In this document: positions 61,179-64,000 of the stretch, in pieces
Layout of the letters: every line of letters begins with the position of its first letter
Position numbering within the stretch: the first letter of the stretch is position 1
Origin: Shigella phage SP18
Direction: 5' to 3' (one strand)
Sequence record: GQ981382
DNA: 64,000 nt
Program-made: the position numbers and the translations under genes
Notes under the pieces: generated by a model
Databases searched by the model: none
What the model saw: only the letters and a program-made list of their open reading frames with translations
Told to the model about the DNA's origin: nothing

Positions 61179-61206
61179 ATTATACTACAACCACCGGAGA
61201 TGTACA
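61179..61206 (-). promoter_or_regulatory. early sigma70-type promoter (TGTACA, 16 bp, TATAAT) with CCATCAACTACTGG leader variant
   Basis: Upstream of a short hydrophobic ORF (~40 aa, not annotated). Confidence 0.45.
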
Positions 61207-61297
61207 CTCTTTTACGCAAGTTTCAATAATAATAAACTAAAACAAACACAAATTACTGGGATGCACAACATCCAGATAAAACACCAGGTTCTGCTGC

Positions 61298-61561
61298 TCA
61301 CAATTCCACCTCAATGATTTCAAGTTGATTTTCAACAATTGCATGCTGAATACATTTATACACATCAATGGACCAGGAATTATTATATTGCCCATCAATC
61401 AAACGTTGAAGGTCTTCGCGAGTTGACAGATATGGTTGGTCTGATTCCCATTTTGATAAAAACATTGTGGTGTATGTATCGCCTTCGCCGGTGACAAAGG
61501 TCGCGGATGCAACAAATTCCCCAGTAACTTTATGCTTGACATAGTAAAATTTAAATTTCAT
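61298..61561 (-). CDS. hypothetical protein
   Basis: 87 aa ORF with GGAGAATAAAATG start context, downstream of a promoter cassette. Confidence 0.55.
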   Translation of the reverse strand: MKFKFYYVKHKVTGEFVASATFVTGEGDTYTTMFLSKWESDQPYLSTREDLQRLIDGQYNNSWSIDVYKCIQHAIVENQLEIIEVEL

Positions 61562-61599
61562 TTTATTCTCCAGTCTGTTTGGTAACTCAGTATGAAGCC

Positions 61600-61628
61600 A
61601 TTATGCACTGACTCCATACTGATGTACA
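61600..61628 (-). promoter_or_regulatory. early sigma70-type promoter (TGTACA, 17 bp, CATAAT) with leader CTTCATACTGAGTTACC
   Basis: Same cassette family as at 23889. Confidence 0.55.
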
Positions 61629-61639
61629 CTACTTTTTAA

Positions 61640-61915
61640 TTAATTGCGCATTTGTTCTTTAACTTCTTTATATGCGCCAACTGCATTCACGACCCCAGTA
61701 AAATCTGCTGTTCCGCGATATAGATAGAAAGCAATTTCAGCCAGATGATAGACTTCAAATTCTGAAAGATAAATGATAACGTCATAATATGCAACTTGTC
61801 CCTGGACTTCGTTGAATGCTATATCAAAAATTTCATGAGTTGGAAAATTGATGTTGTTGTTTTTAAGTGCTTGAATAAGAATTTGTTTGATGTGATGAGT
61901 AGTAACGTGTTCCAT
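61640..61915 (-). CDS. hypothetical protein
   Basis: About 91 aa from the ATG with a GAGGA Shine-Dalgarno. Confidence 0.45.
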   Translation of the reverse strand: MEHVTTHHIKQILIQALKNNNINFPTHEIFDIAFNEVQGQVAYYDVIIYLSEFEVYHLAEIAFYLYRGTADFTGVVNAVGAYKEVKEQMRN

Positions 61916-61962
61916 GATAATGTCCTCATTTGTTGGTGTGAGGACATTATTACACAGTTGGT

Positions 61963-62556
61963 TCAGCTTGTAAACCGGTGATAGGGAAATTTTTCTTCTG
62001 AACAAGAACGGAGGTACCAGCCATCCCCTTGTGACTTCTGCACAAGACCAGACTCAGGAACGAAAGCACCGGGTCCAGCAAGGAATTTTGGTTTAAATCT
62101 ATAACCTTTGAGAGTCTCTTTTACATCGAGCATAATCATAAGGTCAGCAAGCTTGTGCTGCATAAAGGGACCAAGATTAATCCCGTAACCATGTGGATAA
62201 TCGCCCTGGTGGCCAGTATGCACGGATATCCATTTGGACCCAGACTGGTGGGTCTTGACTTCGATTCTCACCCCTTCCTTCGAAACTACATCAAATGCAA
62301 AGGAATAAGGATTATCGTAATCTTCATCACCGCCACATAAAAAACCGGAGGTCCATTTAGCAATAGCTTGTTCAGCCATTGTGGCCACCATACATCTTTG
62401 CATGACTTGCTCACGGTCCTGACCTGGGTCTTTACGCAATGAATACCTGGCCGTGTCTACAATCTTCTGCAGGGATTCGGGGTTTAAGTCTTCCTTTGTA
62501 TAAAGAAAGGAGGGCATCTTTTTCAGATGCTCCCAGGTTTTACTCTTCTGAATCAT
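61963..62556 (-). CDS. hypothetical protein; possibly DenB (endonuclease IV)-like, by position only
   Basis: 197 aa ORF in the ndd-rIIB interval where T4 encodes denB; no motif-level confirmation. Confidence 0.5.
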   Translation of the reverse strand: MIQKSKTWEHLKKMPSFLYTKEDLNPESLQKIVDTARYSLRKDPGQDREQVMQRCMVATMAEQAIAKWTSGFLCGGDEDYDNPYSFAFDVVSKEGVRIEVKTHQSGSKWISVHTGHQGDYPHGYGINLGPFMQHKLADLMIMLDVKETLKGYRFKPKFLAGPGAFVPESGLVQKSQGDGWYLRSCSEEKFPYHRFTS

Positions 62557-62809
62557 TTACGACCTCATCGATACCGACGATTCCCCGGATGTGAAGCTCG
62601 CCATAATACAAACGGTCATTAGCATCAAATGTATCAGAATCTGGGTCAGGGAATTCCCCAACAACTACTTCATCACATTCCAACCAACCATAGTGAACAT
62701 CACCTTCATGCTTGATGAGCTTACCGCAGTAAACTATTCCCGCATAATGATGACCCCGGAGATTTGAAACTTTGATGTCACGGTCTGACACATTGAAATG
62801 CTTAATCAT
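62540..62809 (-). CDS. hypothetical protein
   Basis: 89 aa ORF. Confidence 0.45.
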   Translation of the reverse strand: MIKHFNVSDRDIKVSNLRGHHYAGIVYCGKLIKHEGDVHYGWLECDEVVVGEFPDPDSDTFDANDRLYYGELHIRGIVGIDEVVNDSEE

Positions 62810-62812
62810 AAT

Positions 62813-63010
62813 TTATTCACCAAAATAAGAGATACGAGTTGCCAGTACATGAACATATGCACCCATCGCGTCTAACTGGGCAATCAAAAGACCTTGTTGA
62901 CGAGCATCGAGAGTTTCAAAAACACCGCCCTTAATAAATTCTTCAAGAGCATTAATTTTCAAAACCAGCTGGTCATGTTCTTCAACTACACGTGCTTGGA
63001 AACCTAACAT
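62813..63010 (-). CDS. hypothetical protein
   Basis: 65 aa ORF preceded by a GC hairpin and a GAGG Shine-Dalgarno. Confidence 0.4.
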   Translation of the reverse strand: MLGFQARVVEEHDQLVLKINALEEFIKGGVFETLDARQQGLLIAQLDAMGAYVHVLATRISYFGE

Positions 63011-63043
63011 AAAGCCTCATTAGGGGCCGAAGCCCCGATTAAT

Positions 63044-64000
63044 TTAGAATTGTTCAGTTACATCATCAAGGACTAGGTAACCACAGACCCGCATTTTGGA
63101 ATCGTTATAATCAACCGGGATACTTACAACATCACGCGGGTGAACTTTACAGGATACGATGCGTCCATCACCATGACCAAAACCACTTCCGATATAGCCT
63201 TTAGAGCAAACATGCAACCCGGTTGAACAAGTTTGTTCGTCATTGTCATTCACACGAGAGCGCGGCATTTTAACATATTGGCCAGGGCTGTTGTCGAATG
63301 TGTTTGAGTGGCAATCTTTGTAAGTTGCACGAACCATTTTCCATGCGATGAAATGGCCGTCTTCGGTGATTTCGATATCGTTCGCAACCAGGAAGTCAAA
63401 CAAACGCTGTACGGCTTTCTCACTCGGGTTCTCAAGGAGATTCTCAAGGAATGGCAGATAGAATTCAAAGTCTTCGCCATTTTGCATTGAATCAATGATA
63501 CGAGTAACCAGGCCAGAGCGCAGTTCAATTCCCTGATAGAACAGACTACCACCTTCAATACGCACATCGCCTTTCACATATTTTTGTACTGCAGCTTTGA
63601 TTGAGATAAACTCGATAGCATCATCAAAACGAAATTCTTTGAGTGCCTGGATAATATCATTAAAGTGTTTATGGTCTTTTGTGGCGTTCCAGACTGTGCG
63701 ACCTTCAGTGATGGAAACGAATTTGCTTGATGCGTTCCATACGATTTCTGGGCGGCTACCGCCAATTGTATCTTCAACAACCGGAACCACTTGAGGTTCA
63801 TTAGGAACCGTTACTGTAATATTTCCGGTAATAACTACTTCAGAAGGCTTAAATTCTTTATCATTTTTCAAAACGCGACGAATGGTATCAACCGAAATAT
63901 TGTACCAGTCAGCTAGTTCCTGCTGTGTATAGTTACCTGAAGCATACAGAGAAACAATTTGTTTTTGTTCGTATTCAGAGACACATTTAATATTGTACAT
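63044..64000 (-). CDS. rIIB: rIIB rapid-lysis / membrane integrity protein
   Basis: 318 aa; MYNIKC...YTQQELADW...SVDTIRRVLKN and C-terminal PRSRVNDNDEQTCSTGLHVCSK.YIGSGFGH.DGRIV..KVHPRDVVSIPVDYND.KMR.C.Y colinear with T4 rIIB; the ATG is the last three bases of the window. Confidence 0.93.
   Translation of the reverse strand: MYNIKCVSEYEQKQIVSLYASGNYTQQELADWYNISVDTIRRVLKNDKEFKPSEVVITGNITVTVPNEPQVVPVVEDTIGGSRPEIVWNASSKFVSITEGRTVWNATKDHKHFNDIIQALKEFRFDDAIEFISIKAAVQKYVKGDVRIEGGSLFYQGIELRSGLVTRIIDSMQNGEDFEFYLPFLENLLENPSEKAVQRLFDFLVANDIEITEDGHFIAWKMVRATYKDCHSNTFDNSPGQYVKMPRSRVNDNDEQTCSTGLHVCSKGYIGSGFGHGDGRIVSCKVHPRDVVSIPVDYNDSKMRVCGYLVLDDVTEQF

Noticed and set aside
63019-63040. GGGGCCGAAGCCCC hairpin after rIIB as a terminator
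   Set aside because: No T-run follows on the minus strand; it is immediately followed by a Shine-Dalgarno and the next ORF, so more likely an mRNA structure or processing site.

Overview
The window is a contiguous 64 kb stretch of a T4-like (Tevenvirinae) phage genome, running in T4 gene order from the 3' end of capsid gene 24 to rIIB, whose start codon sits on the last three bases. All protein identifications are from reading the six-frame translations against remembered T4 sequences and motifs; no database search was run, and coordinates of features I indexed by hand (promoters, terminators, ORFs under 60 aa) may be off by 1-2 nt. Recognisable blocks are: gp24, rnlB, hoc, inh, uvsW, uvsY, the baseplate hub genes 25/26/51/27/28/29/48/54, two tandem Alt-like ADP-ribosyltransferases, DNA ligase gp30, a HAD hydrolase and a NADAR/YbiA-like protein, rIII, gp31, cd, pseT, a spanin pair, an Alc-like gene, rnlA, denA, nrdB and nrdA, td, frd, gp32, gp59, gp33, dsbA, rnh, the long tail fibre genes 34-38, holin t, asiA, motA, gp52, ndd and rIIB. 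Departures from T4 are two paralogous HNH homing endonuclease genes (one at the uvsW 3' end flanked by 19 bp direct repeats, one converging on pseT with its own late promoter), a SegG-like GIY-YIG gene between 32 and 59, intron-less nrdB and td, no seg gene between inh and uvsW, and a shortened Hoc. Regulatory structure is dense and repetitive: at least ten sigma70-type early promoter cassettes with a shared leader, three middle-promoter-like sites, seven late TATAAATA promoters placed before late genes, and about a dozen GC hairpin terminators. I found no single feature that is unambiguously a new system. The best candidates for follow-up are the ~400 bp ORF-free island at 24505-24901, the HAD + NADAR pair beside the duplicated Alt genes, the partial Alc duplication, and the uncharacterised gene block between asiA and motA.
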